Positions 19,330 to 29,741 are shown, counted from the stretch's first letter. The stretch is 64,000 bases of DNA from an uncultured Desulfobacter sp. (GCA_963665095.1 OY762069.1:6784001-6848000), one strand, 5' to 3'. Numbers and translations: made by a program. Notes: generated by a model from the sequence alone, not told the origin.

Positions 19330-19437
19330 TTGCGCTATATCTGTTATGGAAATAAATAATATTTTTTGTAACTGTTTTTTATTCTGGTTTTAATTTATTA
19401 AAGATATCTTTTGCAACATTTAAATAGAGGACGATGA

Positions 19438-20313
19438 ATGAAACAGATGTTTTTGTATGTGCTGACCATTTTAATCTGGGGGTCCACCTGGATTGCCATA
19501 AAATTTCAACTGGGGCCTGTGGATCCCATGGTTTCAATTATATACCGGTTCGGAATGGCAGCGGTTCTGCTGTTCTGCTTCTGCAGATTAAAGGGACTGT
19601 CGTTAAGGTTCTCATTTCAGGAACATCTGTTTATGGCATTGCTGGGGGGCTTTCTTTTTTCAGTGAATTACTGGCTGGTGTACAAGGCTGAGGTCTATCT
19701 GACCTCAGGGATTGCCGCCGTTACTTTTTCGTCCCTGGTATTTTTCAACATTGCCAACAACGCGGTATTCCGTCATGTACCGGTGAACAGACGCATTCTT
19801 GCCGGTGCGGTTGTCGGGATAACCGGGATCTGCATGATCTATATCCGGGAGATCAACTCTTTCAGCCTTGAGGATCAGGGAATAAAAGGGCTGATACTTG
19901 CGTTGTCTTCGGTCATGCTGGCCTCTTTAGGCAATATCGTATCTGCCAGAAATACCCAGAAACAGATCCCTGTGATCCAGGCCAATGCCTTTGGCATGGC
20001 CTATGGTACGATGCTTTTGGTGTGTGTGGCTCTGTGCATGGGAAAAACGTTTTCCTTTTCATTGTCCGTTCCCTATATCGGATCCCTGGTATTTCTGTCT
20101 TTGTTTGGTTCAATTATAGCGTTTGGCACCTACCTCACCCTGGTGGGCAGCATGGGGGCGGACAAAGCCTCCTATGCCATCACGGTGGTGCCGGTGGTAG
20201 CCCTTGCCATATCCACGGTTGCCGAAGGATACACCTGGACGGTACCCGCAATCGCGGGGCTTTTTTTTGTCCTGGCAGGTAATGTCATCGTATTGGCCCG
20301 CCGGCCGGCCTGA
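19438..20313 (+). CDS. EamA/DMT-family exporter
   Basis: LIWGSTWIAIK, ten predicted TM segments, GSIIAF; divergent from the MocR regulator. Confidence 0.93.
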   Translation: MKQMFLYVLTILIWGSTWIAIKFQLGPVDPMVSIIYRFGMAAVLLFCFCRLKGLSLRFSFQEHLFMALLGGFLFSVNYWLVYKAEVYLTSGIAAVTFSSLVFFNIANNAVFRHVPVNRRILAGAVVGITGICMIYIREINSFSLEDQGIKGLILALSSVMLASLGNIVSARNTQKQIPVIQANAFGMAYGTMLLVCVALCMGKTFSFSLSVPYIGSLVFLSLFGSIIAFGTYLTLVGSMGADKASYAITVVPVVALAISTVAEGYTWTVPAIAGLFFVLAGNVIVLARRPA

Positions 20314-20454
20314 TGGAATCGTAAACTTAAAGGCAGTGTATCTGGTAATATCAGGGGGGGGCAAAGGCCAGCATGAACTTGACATAAGCCTTGTGGTTAT
20401 TTAAAAATGGATATTGCGTTTCTCAATTCCAAACCACAAGCTAAGGCGAAAATC

Positions 20455-21765
20455 ATGATGAAATTCATCGTCAAATGTCTGCTATTGGCATGTATTCTAT
20501 TGATGCTGGCCTGCCCGGTTATTTTTCTGCTCACGGTTATTGACAAAGAATCCAAAGTTGATAAGTCCCCGGAGCTCTCTTTTGACAACGTGACGCGGGT
20601 GGAGCAGCTTGTCAAAAACAACAAACCTGATTCCATTCTTAAAAAAGAGGTCCGGCATGTACAAATGTCTGAACAGGACTTGAATCTTCTGGCCGATTAT
20701 GGGGCCTCCCAGTTAGGCAATGATGTGATTGTCTATCCTGAGATCCGTCTGGTTGATCCGCTGATCTATCTTTGTGCGACAGTAAAAATCCCTAAGACCC
20801 CGCTGGGCGAATATATCAACACGGAAATTAGGTTGGTCATTAATGATGGCAAACCTGATATCGACTACATCCGTATCGGCAGAATGAATATTCCCGGTGT
20901 TATTATTAATTTTGTGGCATCATTTGTCGGTCAGCATCTTTTAACCCCTATGGATTACAATCTGTTTGCCCGGACAATGAATGACCTGAAATCTGTTTCA
21001 ATCCGGGAAAAGCAGTTATTACTTGTGTACCAATGGAACCCGGATTCCCTGGCACAGATCCATGAAAGTGGAAAAGATTTTGTAATTCCCCCCGAACATC
21101 AGGATAAACTGGTCTTTTATGCCAATGCACTGACAGATCTTGCCGTTACCGTAAAAAAATACCATAGCGGCCCCATTTCCCTTTCCCGGGTGATCCGTCC
21201 TTTGTTTCAGCTGGCCTGCGAACAAAGCTCAGTTTCCAAAGATCCCGTGAAGGAGAACCAGGCATTGCTCCAGGTATTATCATTGTTCTGCTTCGGCCAT
21301 GGGATAGATAAACTGGTCAGCGTGGAAAAATTTAAACAGGTCAAACCGCGTACAAGTATCCATTTCACCCTTAGCGGCAGGGATGATCTGCCCAAACATT
21401 TCCTTATTTCCGCCGGCCTGGCAGCTTCCGCCGGCAGTAAACTGAGTAATTTTGCGGGACTCTCCAAAGAGGTGGATGATTCAGACATGGGAAGCGGGTT
21501 CAGTTTTGCCGACCTTGCCGCAGACCGGGCCGGGGTGAGGCTGGCAGAACTGGCCACTGAGTCTGGTTCCGGGGCGTCCAGGCTGCAGCAGAAAATGGCT
21601 GCCGTTACAAAGGAGAACGAGTTCATGCCGCAGATTGACCGCCTGCCCGAAGGGATCATGGAACTGGAATTTAAAAAACAGTACAAAGATCTTGATTCAA
21701 AGGCTTATGCCATGATCGACGACGAGATCACCCGGCGGATTGATGCATGCAGCGTGTATAAATAA
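20455..21765 (+). CDS. Hypothetical membrane-anchored or exported protein
   Basis: Long ORF, N-terminal hydrophobic helix, C-terminal DLPKHF...KEVDD...GSGFSFADLAADRAG; start 20455/20458 preferred because a TTGACA promoter's -10 abuts ATG 20407. Confidence 0.8.
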   Translation: MMKFIVKCLLLACILLMLACPVIFLLTVIDKESKVDKSPELSFDNVTRVEQLVKNNKPDSILKKEVRHVQMSEQDLNLLADYGASQLGNDVIVYPEIRLVDPLIYLCATVKIPKTPLGEYINTEIRLVINDGKPDIDYIRIGRMNIPGVIINFVASFVGQHLLTPMDYNLFARTMNDLKSVSIREKQLLLVYQWNPDSLAQIHESGKDFVIPPEHQDKLVFYANALTDLAVTVKKYHSGPISLSRVIRPLFQLACEQSSVSKDPVKENQALLQVLSLFCFGHGIDKLVSVEKFKQVKPRTSIHFTLSGRDDLPKHFLISAGLAASAGSKLSNFAGLSKEVDDSDMGSGFSFADLAADRAGVRLAELATESGSGASRLQQKMAAVTKENEFMPQIDRLPEGIMELEFKKQYKDLDSKAYAMIDDEITRRIDACSVYK

Positions 21766-21818
21766 TCAAGCAAGTTCAGGTTGCATCGTTCAGTCCTTGT
21801 GTGGTAATTAATTGGCCC

Positions 21819-22151
21819 ATGAAACAATATGTCATTGATGGATTTACGCTCAAGGATTATTCCGCGTTAAAACAGTATCTGGACACCTGTCTAGAGGCGG
21901 CGACTGTCAGCGGTATTTACTGGCTTGAACTGGCACCGGATGTTTTAACACCGGTTCAGGCACAGCACACGGAGTGCGCCCCCCATGTGTTTGCCCTGAT
22001 GCTGGAGGAGACTGCGTTATCCTGTGAGCTGCTGGTAAGAATCAAAAGCAATATCAAGTGCGACTGCATGGGTTACGCCACACAGCTGCAGCGCAACTGG
22101 CTGGTGGACTGGACAGATGCTGTTTTGGAAAAACTGTCTATCCGCGTCTGA
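21819..22151 (+). CDS. Hypothetical protein with CxxH and CxC motifs
   Basis: MKQYVIDG...ECAPH...KCDCMGYA; directly upstream of rnj. Confidence 0.75.
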   Translation: MKQYVIDGFTLKDYSALKQYLDTCLEAATVSGIYWLELAPDVLTPVQAQHTECAPHVFALMLEETALSCELLVRIKSNIKCDCMGYATQLQRNWLVDWTDAVLEKLSIRV

Positions 22152-22173
22152 CGCCGGGTCTGGAAAATAACAG

Positions 22174-23826
22174 ATGCTTAAACTCATACCCCTGGGGGGG
22201 CTTGGAGAGATCGGCCTGAACATGATGGTGGTGGAGTATGATGATGTCATCTTCATCATTGATGCAGGCCTGATGTTTCCTGAAGACCACATGCTGGGCG
22301 TGGATATTGTCATTCCCGCCATGGATTATCTGCGGGAAAACATGAGCAAGATCGAAGGCATTATCCTGACCCATGCCCATGAAGATCATATCGGGGCCTT
22401 GCCCTATCTTCTGCGTGAAATCCGACTGCCGGTCTACGGCACCGCCTTTACCCTTGAAATTGTTCGCAATAAACTCATTGAGTTTGAACTCAACACCCGG
22501 GTGGATTTAAACCTGGTCAATCCCGGTGAAGTGTTAACCATTGAGCCTTTTGAAATTGAATTTATCCGGGTCAGCCACTCCACCATTGACGGGGTGGGGC
22601 TGGCCATTACCACGCCGGAAGGGGTGGTGGTCCACACCGGGGATTTCCGTATCAGCCATTCTGCTGACATCATGAAAAATACCGATATTTCCAGCTTTGC
22701 ACGGTTTGGTGAAAAAGGGGTGCTAGCCCTGCTTTCCGACTCCACCAATGTGGAGGTGGAAGGGTATGCCATGTCCGAACAAGAGGTGGCCAAAAATCTG
22801 GGCAAACTGGTTGAAGCCTCACCGGGCAGGGTCATTGTCGCCCTGTTTGCCTCCAATGTGTTTCGCATCCAGCAGGTGATCGATATTGCCCGGCACAATA
22901 ACCGTCGGGTGATTTTCAACGGCAGAAGCATGGAACAGATCACAGACGTGGCCATGCGTCTGGGTTATCTGGACTGTCCGCCCGGTCTTGTGGTGGATAT
23001 CAAACAGATAAACACCTTTCGGGATGATGAGGTGATCATCATTACCACCGGCACCCAGGGCGAGCCAATGTCAGCACTTGCCCGCATGGCCTCCGGCATC
23101 CACAAGCATATCAATGTGCGCAAAGGGGATACGGTCCTTTTGTCCAGCAAACATATCCCGGGCAATGAAAAGGCCATTGCCGGCATCATCAACAAGCTCT
23201 ACCGCAGAGGTGCGGATGTGGTCTACTCAAAAATTGCCGCCATCCACGCGTCGGGTCATGCCCACCAGGAAGAGTTGAAAATGATGATCAACCTTACCCG
23301 GCCAAAGTACTTTATTCCCATCCACGGTGAGTACCGTCATCTTGTGGTGCATGCCCGGCTTGCTGAAAAACTGGGACTGCCGCGAAACAATGTAATTGTG
23401 GCCGAAAACGGTCAGGTAATTGCCTTTGACCATGAAAACGGCGGCCGGATCGCGGAACGGGTCCAGACCGGCAGGGTCCTTGTGGACGGCAAAGGCATCG
23501 GTGACGTAGGCCGGTCTGTACTCAAAGAGCGCAGGGAGCTCTCCGAGGGCGGCCTTGTGGTGGTGACCATGATTATTGACGAGGAGACCGGGGTGGTACT
23601 CTACGGCCCGGAGCTTGTCTCCAAGGGGTTTGTTTTTGATTCCGCCACAGGATATCTGGTGGACGATGCCCAGTGTGTGATCTTAGAGATTGTTGAAGAG
23701 ATTGAAGCCGGTCTGGACGACCGCGTGGATCTCTTACGTAAACGCCTCCAGCGGGCGCTTAAACAATATTTTGCCTTTGCCATCAACCGGCGTCCCCTGA
23801 TTGTGCCTGTAATCATTGAAGTATGA
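22174..23826 (+). CDS. rnj: Ribonuclease J
   Basis: PLGGLGEIGLN, THAHEDHIG, HTGDF, TGTQGEP, HASGH, PIHGE. Confidence 0.97.
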   Translation: MLKLIPLGGLGEIGLNMMVVEYDDVIFIIDAGLMFPEDHMLGVDIVIPAMDYLRENMSKIEGIILTHAHEDHIGALPYLLREIRLPVYGTAFTLEIVRNKLIEFELNTRVDLNLVNPGEVLTIEPFEIEFIRVSHSTIDGVGLAITTPEGVVVHTGDFRISHSADIMKNTDISSFARFGEKGVLALLSDSTNVEVEGYAMSEQEVAKNLGKLVEASPGRVIVALFASNVFRIQQVIDIARHNNRRVIFNGRSMEQITDVAMRLGYLDCPPGLVVDIKQINTFRDDEVIIITTGTQGEPMSALARMASGIHKHINVRKGDTVLLSSKHIPGNEKAIAGIINKLYRRGADVVYSKIAAIHASGHAHQEELKMMINLTRPKYFIPIHGEYRHLVVHARLAEKLGLPRNNVIVAENGQVIAFDHENGGRIAERVQTGRVLVDGKGIGDVGRSVLKERRELSEGGLVVVTMIIDEETGVVLYGPELVSKGFVFDSATGYLVDDAQCVILEIVEEIEAGLDDRVDLLRKRLQRALKQYFAFAINRRPLIVPVIIEV

Positions 23827-26219
23827 AAAAAGAACTGTACGGCATTTTTCTTCTTTTTCTGATTATTCTGACCTCGGTCAGCCTTTTTTCCTATCATGCA
23901 GCCGATCCCTGCGTTGGAAGCAACTTTTTCACCCTGCCTGACCATGTACACAATCTGTTTGGTCTGGTGGGTGCCCATACGGCCGGATTTTTTATCTTTC
24001 TTTTCGGCATCGGGGCGTTATGGGTTCCCTTGATTTTTTCCATCCTTGGTGTTTGGGTGCTAAGGAAAAAATCCAGCCGTGTGATCTGGATAACCCTTTC
24101 CGGCGGTATGATTCTCATGATCTCCACGGGCAGTGTTTTCTTCTTGTTTAAAGATACCTATCAGTTTTCAGACACGGTTATTTCAGCCGGCGGTGTGGTG
24201 GGAAACGGACTGGCCGATGCCCTGCTCAAATATGCCAATACCATGGGATGTGCAGTGGTTTTAAGCTTTTTTGTGCTGGTGGGATTTATGCTGGTGACGG
24301 GAATATCCCTACGGAATCTGGGGCTATTTATCTGGACCCGGCTGGTGCGGCTTGGCCGCACTATGAAGCAGGACATGGCTGAAGGGGCACAGTATATCCG
24401 TGACAAAATGGTACAGTACAGACAGGCTCGACAGGCCGCCCGGCTGGAACGGGCTGAAAAGCTCAAAGAGTTAACCCTGCTGCCCCACAGTGCCCCGGAT
24501 GAATGTGATGAAGAAGCGAATGAGGCGTGCCAGGGGCCTAAGTCTGCTGTCAACACCGGTGACCCTGAACCTGTTATTGTTTCAGAATCTTTGTCCGATA
24601 CCCTGCCCGAGCCGAAAAATAATAAACGCGTTAGTGCCGGCAGCGCATCCGGCAGCAGTTCCGGTCCCACCATTGTGGCCGTGGAGACTGATGACCGGGA
24701 ATATGTGGCCGACACTGGCTTTAAGGATATCCGGGAGCAGGTTGATTTTGTTTTACCCAACCTGTCCTTTCTGGACGAAAAACCAAAGATCCGCAGGCAG
24801 ATTAATACGGATGAACTCCAGGCCAAGGCCAGGATTTTGAAAAAAAAGCTGGAGGATTTTAAGATCATGGGCGAGGTGGTGGAGATTTTGCCGGGCCCTG
24901 TGATCACCACCTTTGAGTACCGGCCGGCCCCCGGCATCAAGCTTTCCAAAATCGTGGGACTGTCAGATGATTTGGCCCTGGCGCTCGCCGCCATCTCTAT
25001 CCGCATTGTGGCCCCGATTCCGGGCCGGGATGTGGTGGGCATTGAGATTCCCAACGAGGAACGCGAAATTGTCAATTTAAGGGAAATGATCTCCTCAAAA
25101 GAGTTTGTTCAGTCAACTTCTCTGCTCACCCTGGGGCTGGGTAAGGATCTCTTAGGCCAGCCTGTGGCCACGAAAATGGATAAAATGCCGCACCTGCTCA
25201 TTGCCGGTGCCACCGGTACCGGTAAGAGTGTCGGGTTGAACTCCATGATTATCAGTCTGCTTTACAAGGCTTCCCCGGATGAAGTCAAACTGATCATGAT
25301 TGACCCCAAGCGTATTGAACTCTCGGTATACAATGACATTCCCCATCTGATTACACCGGTGGTCACAGATATGAAAAAGGCCACCAATGCCCTTTTCTGG
25401 GCGGTCCGGGAGATGGAGCGCCGGTATGAACTGCTGGAATTATCAGGATTGAGAAATATCAGCCAGTACAATGAGATGGTGGAGGACCGGCTCAAAGAGA
25501 TGCCCTCCGGTACTCCGCCTGAACAGATGGAACTTCCAGGGGGCCTGCCTCTGGAACAGCTGCCATACATTGTGGTCATTGTGGACGAACTCGGGGATCT
25601 GATGATGGTGGCCTCCAAGGATGTGGAGTATGCCCTGACCCGTCTGGCCCAGATGGCCAGAGCTGCCGGTATTCACCTGATCATCGCCACCCAGCGCCCG
25701 TCTGCCGATGTACTCACCGGCACCATAAAGGCCAACTTCCCGACCCGGATTTCCTTCCAGGTCTCCTCAAAAATAGACGGCCGGATCATCATTGACCAGG
25801 GCGGCGCGGAAAGTCTGCTCGGCAATGGAGATATGCTCTTCTGCCCGCCGGGCACCGGTAAACTGATGCGTATCCAGGGTGCCTATATTTCAGAAAAGGA
25901 GATCTCCCGTATCACTGCTTTTTTAAAAGATCAGCGGCAGCCCGATTACGATGAAGAGGTGACAATGGGCGATGATAATGGTGAGGAAAAGACCTTTGAC
26001 GAATCAGAATATGATGAAAAGTATGACCAGGCTGTGGCCCTGGTGACCAAGGACCGCCAGGCATCCATCTCCTATGTGCAGCGACGGCTTCGCATCGGAT
26101 ATAACCGGGCGGCCCGGCTTATTGAGATGATGGAGCATGAAGGGATTGTCGGACCGCAGATCGGCTCCAAACCCCGTGACATTCTGGTAAAAAGCTATGA
26201 TGAGGATATTGCAGGATGA
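23823..26219 (+). CDS. ftsK: DNA translocase FtsK
   Basis: N-terminal TMs, AGATGTGKS, IDPKRIE, ATQRPS, gamma domain QRRLRIGYNRAAR. Confidence 0.98.
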   Translation: MKKELYGIFLLFLIILTSVSLFSYHAADPCVGSNFFTLPDHVHNLFGLVGAHTAGFFIFLFGIGALWVPLIFSILGVWVLRKKSSRVIWITLSGGMILMISTGSVFFLFKDTYQFSDTVISAGGVVGNGLADALLKYANTMGCAVVLSFFVLVGFMLVTGISLRNLGLFIWTRLVRLGRTMKQDMAEGAQYIRDKMVQYRQARQAARLERAEKLKELTLLPHSAPDECDEEANEACQGPKSAVNTGDPEPVIVSESLSDTLPEPKNNKRVSAGSASGSSSGPTIVAVETDDREYVADTGFKDIREQVDFVLPNLSFLDEKPKIRRQINTDELQAKARILKKKLEDFKIMGEVVEILPGPVITTFEYRPAPGIKLSKIVGLSDDLALALAAISIRIVAPIPGRDVVGIEIPNEEREIVNLREMISSKEFVQSTSLLTLGLGKDLLGQPVATKMDKMPHLLIAGATGTGKSVGLNSMIISLLYKASPDEVKLIMIDPKRIELSVYNDIPHLITPVVTDMKKATNALFWAVREMERRYELLELSGLRNISQYNEMVEDRLKEMPSGTPPEQMELPGGLPLEQLPYIVVIVDELGDLMMVASKDVEYALTRLAQMARAAGIHLIIATQRPSADVLTGTIKANFPTRISFQVSSKIDGRIIIDQGGAESLLGNGDMLFCPPGTGKLMRIQGAYISEKEISRITAFLKDQRQPDYDEEVTMGDDNGEEKTFDESEYDEKYDQAVALVTKDRQASISYVQRRLRIGYNRAARLIEMMEHEGIVGPQIGSKPRDILVKSYDEDIAG

Positions 26220-26839
26220 CCCCAAACCTGGATTTTTCTTTTTTAAATACTATCAAGGGGTTTATGCCGGATCATGAGGCCTTTGCCCTTTATAATCTGG
26301 CCCTTGATGCATCCAATGCCGGCCCTGTGCTTGAAATCGGGTCCTATTGCGGCAAATCCGCCGCCATTATCGGCGCCGCATGCAAACAGAACAACGGCAT
26401 TTTGTTTTCCGTGGATCACCACACAGGCTCCGAAGAACAGCAGCCGGGCCAGGAGTACTTTGATCCGGACCTCTATGATGAACAGACCAGGGGTGTCAAC
26501 ACCTTTCCTTTGTTTCGAAAGACCCTGGAAAGGGCCGGACTTGAAAATACCGTTGTGCCCGTTGTCGCATCCTCACATGTGGCCGGCCGCATGTGGAATA
26601 CGCCGCTTGCCATGGTTTTTATAGATGGCGGACATACTTTTGAAGCGGCCCATACCGACTTTCTGACCTGGGCGCCCCATATTATCACGGGAGGGCTTCT
26701 GGTGATTCACGATATTTTTTTCAATCCTGAAGAGGGCGGCCAGGCACCGCGGCAGGTATATGAAGAGGCCATTGCCACCGGACGGTACGAAATTCTTGAG
26801 ATGACAGGTACCCTGGGGGCGTTGCGTGTTAAGCCCTGA
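26216..26839 (+). CDS. Class I SAM-dependent methyltransferase (Methyltransf_24-like)
   Basis: LEIGSYCGKS, DHHTGSEE, FIDGGH, IHD. Confidence 0.9.
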   Translation: MTPNLDFSFLNTIKGFMPDHEAFALYNLALDASNAGPVLEIGSYCGKSAAIIGAACKQNNGILFSVDHHTGSEEQQPGQEYFDPDLYDEQTRGVNTFPLFRKTLERAGLENTVVPVVASSHVAGRMWNTPLAMVFIDGGHTFEAAHTDFLTWAPHIITGGLLVIHDIFFNPEEGGQAPRQVYEEAIATGRYEILEMTGTLGALRVKP

Positions 26840-26871
26840 GGCATGGTCCAAAATTTTTTTAAGGAGGCGGT

Positions 26872-27345
26872 ATGGCTGAAAAAGTTGATCCGGCCCAGAT
26901 GCTTGAGACCCTCAAACACTATTATCTGGAATGGCTGCCGTTTAACAAGGTGCTTGGCGTCCGTATTGACCATCTTGATTACGACACAGGCAAAGCCGTA
27001 ACCTCCTTTCCCCTCAAGCCCGATCTCATCGGCAACTCTACCGCTGGTATCCTGCATGGAGGAGTGACTGCTGCGGTGATTGATCTCACAGGCGGCCTTT
27101 CGGCACTGGTCTGCTGTGCCAAAGCCCACATACACCTCTCACCGGAACAGATCCAGGAAAAACTTGTATCCTCCGCCACCATTGACATGCGGGTGGATTA
27201 TCTTCGGCCCGGAAAAGGAGATATGTTCACATGCACAAGCCTGCCCATAAAGGCCGGGTCCCGCATTGTGGTCTGCCGGATTGATCTGGTCAATGATAAG
27301 GACCAGGATATTGCAGCCGGGACCGCCACCTATACCACAGGCTGA
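26872..27345 (+). CDS. PaaI-type hot-dog thioesterase
   Basis: GILHGGVTAAVID, TIDMRVDYLRP. Confidence 0.9.
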   Translation: MAEKVDPAQMLETLKHYYLEWLPFNKVLGVRIDHLDYDTGKAVTSFPLKPDLIGNSTAGILHGGVTAAVIDLTGGLSALVCCAKAHIHLSPEQIQEKLVSSATIDMRVDYLRPGKGDMFTCTSLPIKAGSRIVVCRIDLVNDKDQDIAAGTATYTTG

Positions 27346-27358
27346 TCTGTCAGATCCA

Positions 27359-28429
27359 TCAGGGTCTCTTTGGGTTCTGGGGCTTTTCCTTAAGTTGACG
27401 AATTTTCATTTTTTCAAAGGTGGCTCTGAATTTTTCGCACGGATCTTCGTATGATACCCGTTGGGTAAACAGCAGATAGTCAGCCACAGGGTTTGGCTCA
27501 AGCCCCTCAAGGTCCAGAGGGGAAATATAGTGATCCAGCCCGGCCGGTTCTCTGTTTATCTCTGTCATAGCCAGGTTCACCTGGGACACGGCCGGATAAA
27601 GGTGTTTTACCCGGTCAATCACCCCAAGCCCGTAATCTGTATGTCCGGCCCCTATTATTACCACCACCGGTCCGGCCATGGTACTGTCAGGGGTCTGCTG
27701 TATTGCTTTGGCAAGCTGGACCACAGATAAAGCCATGCGGTCGTTTCTGGCAAGCCATGTGTCGTAAAGCCGGTCCGTCATCCGGCCATGGTCCATACCG
27801 CAGTGAACCTGTACGAAAACAGATTTCATGTAGCTCTCATATACCGGATCACAGAGACGGGTTGAAAAAATAAGCTGGTTTTCAAGGGCAGAAAGTCCCT
27901 CAATTCCTTTGCGGGTAATTCTGCGTTTCTGGGTGGCGGACAGATCCAGCCCGGCCGCAGGCAGGCCGTTGTCTGCAGCAAGCTGTATCAGATCCCAGTA
28001 ATATCCCCACATCTGGTCGGGCTGGGTATCCCAGCCAAGTTTCCGGCGTATCTGCTTTTCAACATTTTTTTCCATGCCAGGGACATGGGCTTTTTGACGG
28101 GCATCCACAAGATTGAGCAATAAAGGGGTGTCCTGGTATGAAAAAAATTCAAAACCCAGGGACGGGGACCGCCCCTGGTCAATGAGCGTCTGGATTACCC
28201 GGTGCTGGAAAGCATGGTGCATGGGATTGTCGTGTTTTTCCGACAGGTATATGACATCATGCTGCACCAATGCCTCCACAAGCTGTGAAAAACTGACCGG
28301 GGTACCGGTATCTGCATTTACAATGGTGCCGATTAACGGATCATTCCGGGGTGCCTGCTTCGAAGTCGTGACACAGGAACTGTTCAGAAGCAGTATCATT
28401 GAGAATAGCAGGAATACTAAAAATTTCAT
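27359..28429 (-). CDS. ChaN-family lipoprotein
   Basis: Lipobox-like LLLNSSC, EKHDNPMHH, GFEFF, RNDRMA, GAGH. Confidence 0.8.
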   Translation of the reverse strand: MKFLVFLLFSMILLLNSSCVTTSKQAPRNDPLIGTIVNADTGTPVSFSQLVEALVQHDVIYLSEKHDNPMHHAFQHRVIQTLIDQGRSPSLGFEFFSYQDTPLLLNLVDARQKAHVPGMEKNVEKQIRRKLGWDTQPDQMWGYYWDLIQLAADNGLPAAGLDLSATQKRRITRKGIEGLSALENQLIFSTRLCDPVYESYMKSVFVQVHCGMDHGRMTDRLYDTWLARNDRMALSVVQLAKAIQQTPDSTMAGPVVVIIGAGHTDYGLGVIDRVKHLYPAVSQVNLAMTEINREPAGLDHYISPLDLEGLEPNPVADYLLFTQRVSYEDPCEKFRATFEKMKIRQLKEKPQNPKRP

Positions 28430-28474
28430 ATTTTAAACCTAAAGGAAACCCCTCTGGCATCTTATAAACCTGTG

Positions 28475-29263
28475 TTAATCGCCGTCCAGCATCCGGCCGA
28501 TGGTGCCAAGAACGGACCCTTCCCCTTTATCTGTACCGCCGACTTTGGGTGCATGGCTGATGATACGGTCTGCCAGGCGGGAGAAGGGAAGGCTTTGCAG
28601 GTAAACAGTGCCGTGTCCGGCCAGGGTGGCAAGAAACAGGCCTTCACCGCCAAAGAACATGGATTTAAGCCCGCCGGCGCGCTGGATGTCATAGTCGATG
28701 CCTTCGGAAAATGCCACAATACACCCGGTATCAACCATGAGTCTTTCACCGTTCAACTCTTTTTTTACAATGGTGCCTCCTGCATGTACAAAGGCCATGC
28801 CATCTCCTTCCAGGCGTTGAAGAATAAACCCTTCACCACCGAAGAAGCCAGCCCCAAGTTTTCGATTAAAGGCGATGGTTACTTTGGTGCCCAGTGCCGC
28901 ACACAGAAAGGCATCTTTCTGGCAAATTAACTGTCCGCCCACAGTCGCCATATTTACCGGGATGATTTTTCCTGGGTAGGGTGCGGAAAAGGCCACACGC
29001 TTTTTGCTGCCGCCCTGATTGGTGAAATGGGTAATAAACAGACTTTCACCTGTTATGGCGCGTTTGCCTGCGTCAAACAGTTTGCCCATAAATCCTTTGT
29101 CCGGTGCAGAGCCATCCCCCATTTTGGCTTCAAAAGAGATGCCTTCTTCCATCCAGTTCATGGCCCCGGCCTCCGCGATGACAGTTTCACCCGGGTCCAG
29201 TTCCACTTCCACAGTCTGCATATCATCACCGAAAATTTCATAGTCCACTTCATGACATTTCAT
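28475..29263 (-). CDS. TIGR00266/AIM24-family protein
   Basis: [35 protein letters not shown]. Confidence 0.93.
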   Translation of the reverse strand: MKCHEVDYEIFGDDMQTVEVELDPGETVIAEAGAMNWMEEGISFEAKMGDGSAPDKGFMGKLFDAGKRAITGESLFITHFTNQGGSKKRVAFSAPYPGKIIPVNMATVGGQLICQKDAFLCAALGTKVTIAFNRKLGAGFFGGEGFILQRLEGDGMAFVHAGGTIVKKELNGERLMVDTGCIVAFSEGIDYDIQRAGGLKSMFFGGEGLFLATLAGHGTVYLQSLPFSRLADRIISHAPKVGGTDKGEGSVLGTIGRMLDGD

Positions 29264-29430
29264 TGTTTACCTCCTTTAAACGTATTGGAAAGAAATGTTT
29301 GAACAGTTGCCGTCCTGGCAGATTTGTGCTTTGTGCAAATTCGGTGCACAGTATATCAGATTGATCAGAGGATTTCCTGTAAAAACATACTGGTTTTTTA
29401 ATTGATGTGGGCGGCAGTTGGCTGAATGAA

Positions 29431-29604
29431 AAAAGTTAAGGCATTGCACAGAAATAAATTATGCAGATTGCGCCGAATTTTTATTCGTATTTAAGGCGGG
29501 GCAATGCGCGCATAACGAGCTATGTAAGTGTTGCCCCAACGAAAAATACGGATAAAAAGGCAAGCAAGATGTGTGATTTATTTTTTTGCAATGCCTAAGC
29601 TTTT
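29431..29604 (+). repeat. 174-nt imperfect inverted repeat; candidate ncRNA or single-strand hairpin element
   Basis: Stacked stems 29431-65/29570-604, 29478-92/29544-58 and 29498-514/29521-37. Confidence 0.75.
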
Positions 29605-29609
29605 GAAAT

Positions 29610-29639
29610 AAAAAAAAGCCACTGCAATGACAGTAGCTT
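29610..29639 (-). terminator. Terminator of the tRNA operon
   Basis: aagctactg/cagtggctt stem plus T run on the minus strand. Confidence 0.7.
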
Positions 29640-29649
29640 AATTTGTTAC

Positions 29650-29741
29650 TGGCGGAGAAGGAGAGATTCGAACTCTCGGTGGAAGTTTCCCCCCACAACC
29701 GCTTAGCAGGCGGTCCATTTCAGCCACTCATGCACTTCTCC
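29650..29741 (-). tRNA. tRNA-Ser(GCT)
   Basis: GGAGAAG/CTTCTCC acceptor stem, ACCGC-CT-GCT-AA-GCGGT anticodon arm, long variable arm, GTTCGAATC, encoded CCA. Confidence 0.97.

Noticed and set aside
24161..25075. 304-aa antisense ORF in ftsK, and similar shadows at 2392-3186, 12109-12765, 15210-15902 and 35056-35793
   Set aside because: Opposite to well-supported genes, Ser/Arg-rich composition, no motifs.
29316..29330. sigma54 motif TGGCAGATTTGTGCT
   Set aside because: GG-GC spacing is 9, not 10, and it points away from the adjacent gene.
29505..29530. dif-like site (TGCGCGCATAA...CTATGTAAG)
   Set aside because: XerC-like arm matches 9/11 but the spacer is 4 nt rather than 6 and the XerD arm is poor; explained by the hairpin apex.
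29431..29604. Integron attC site
   Set aside because: The GTT-like box comes first and no RYYYAAC...GTTRRRY order is present on either strand; no integrase or cassette array in the window.
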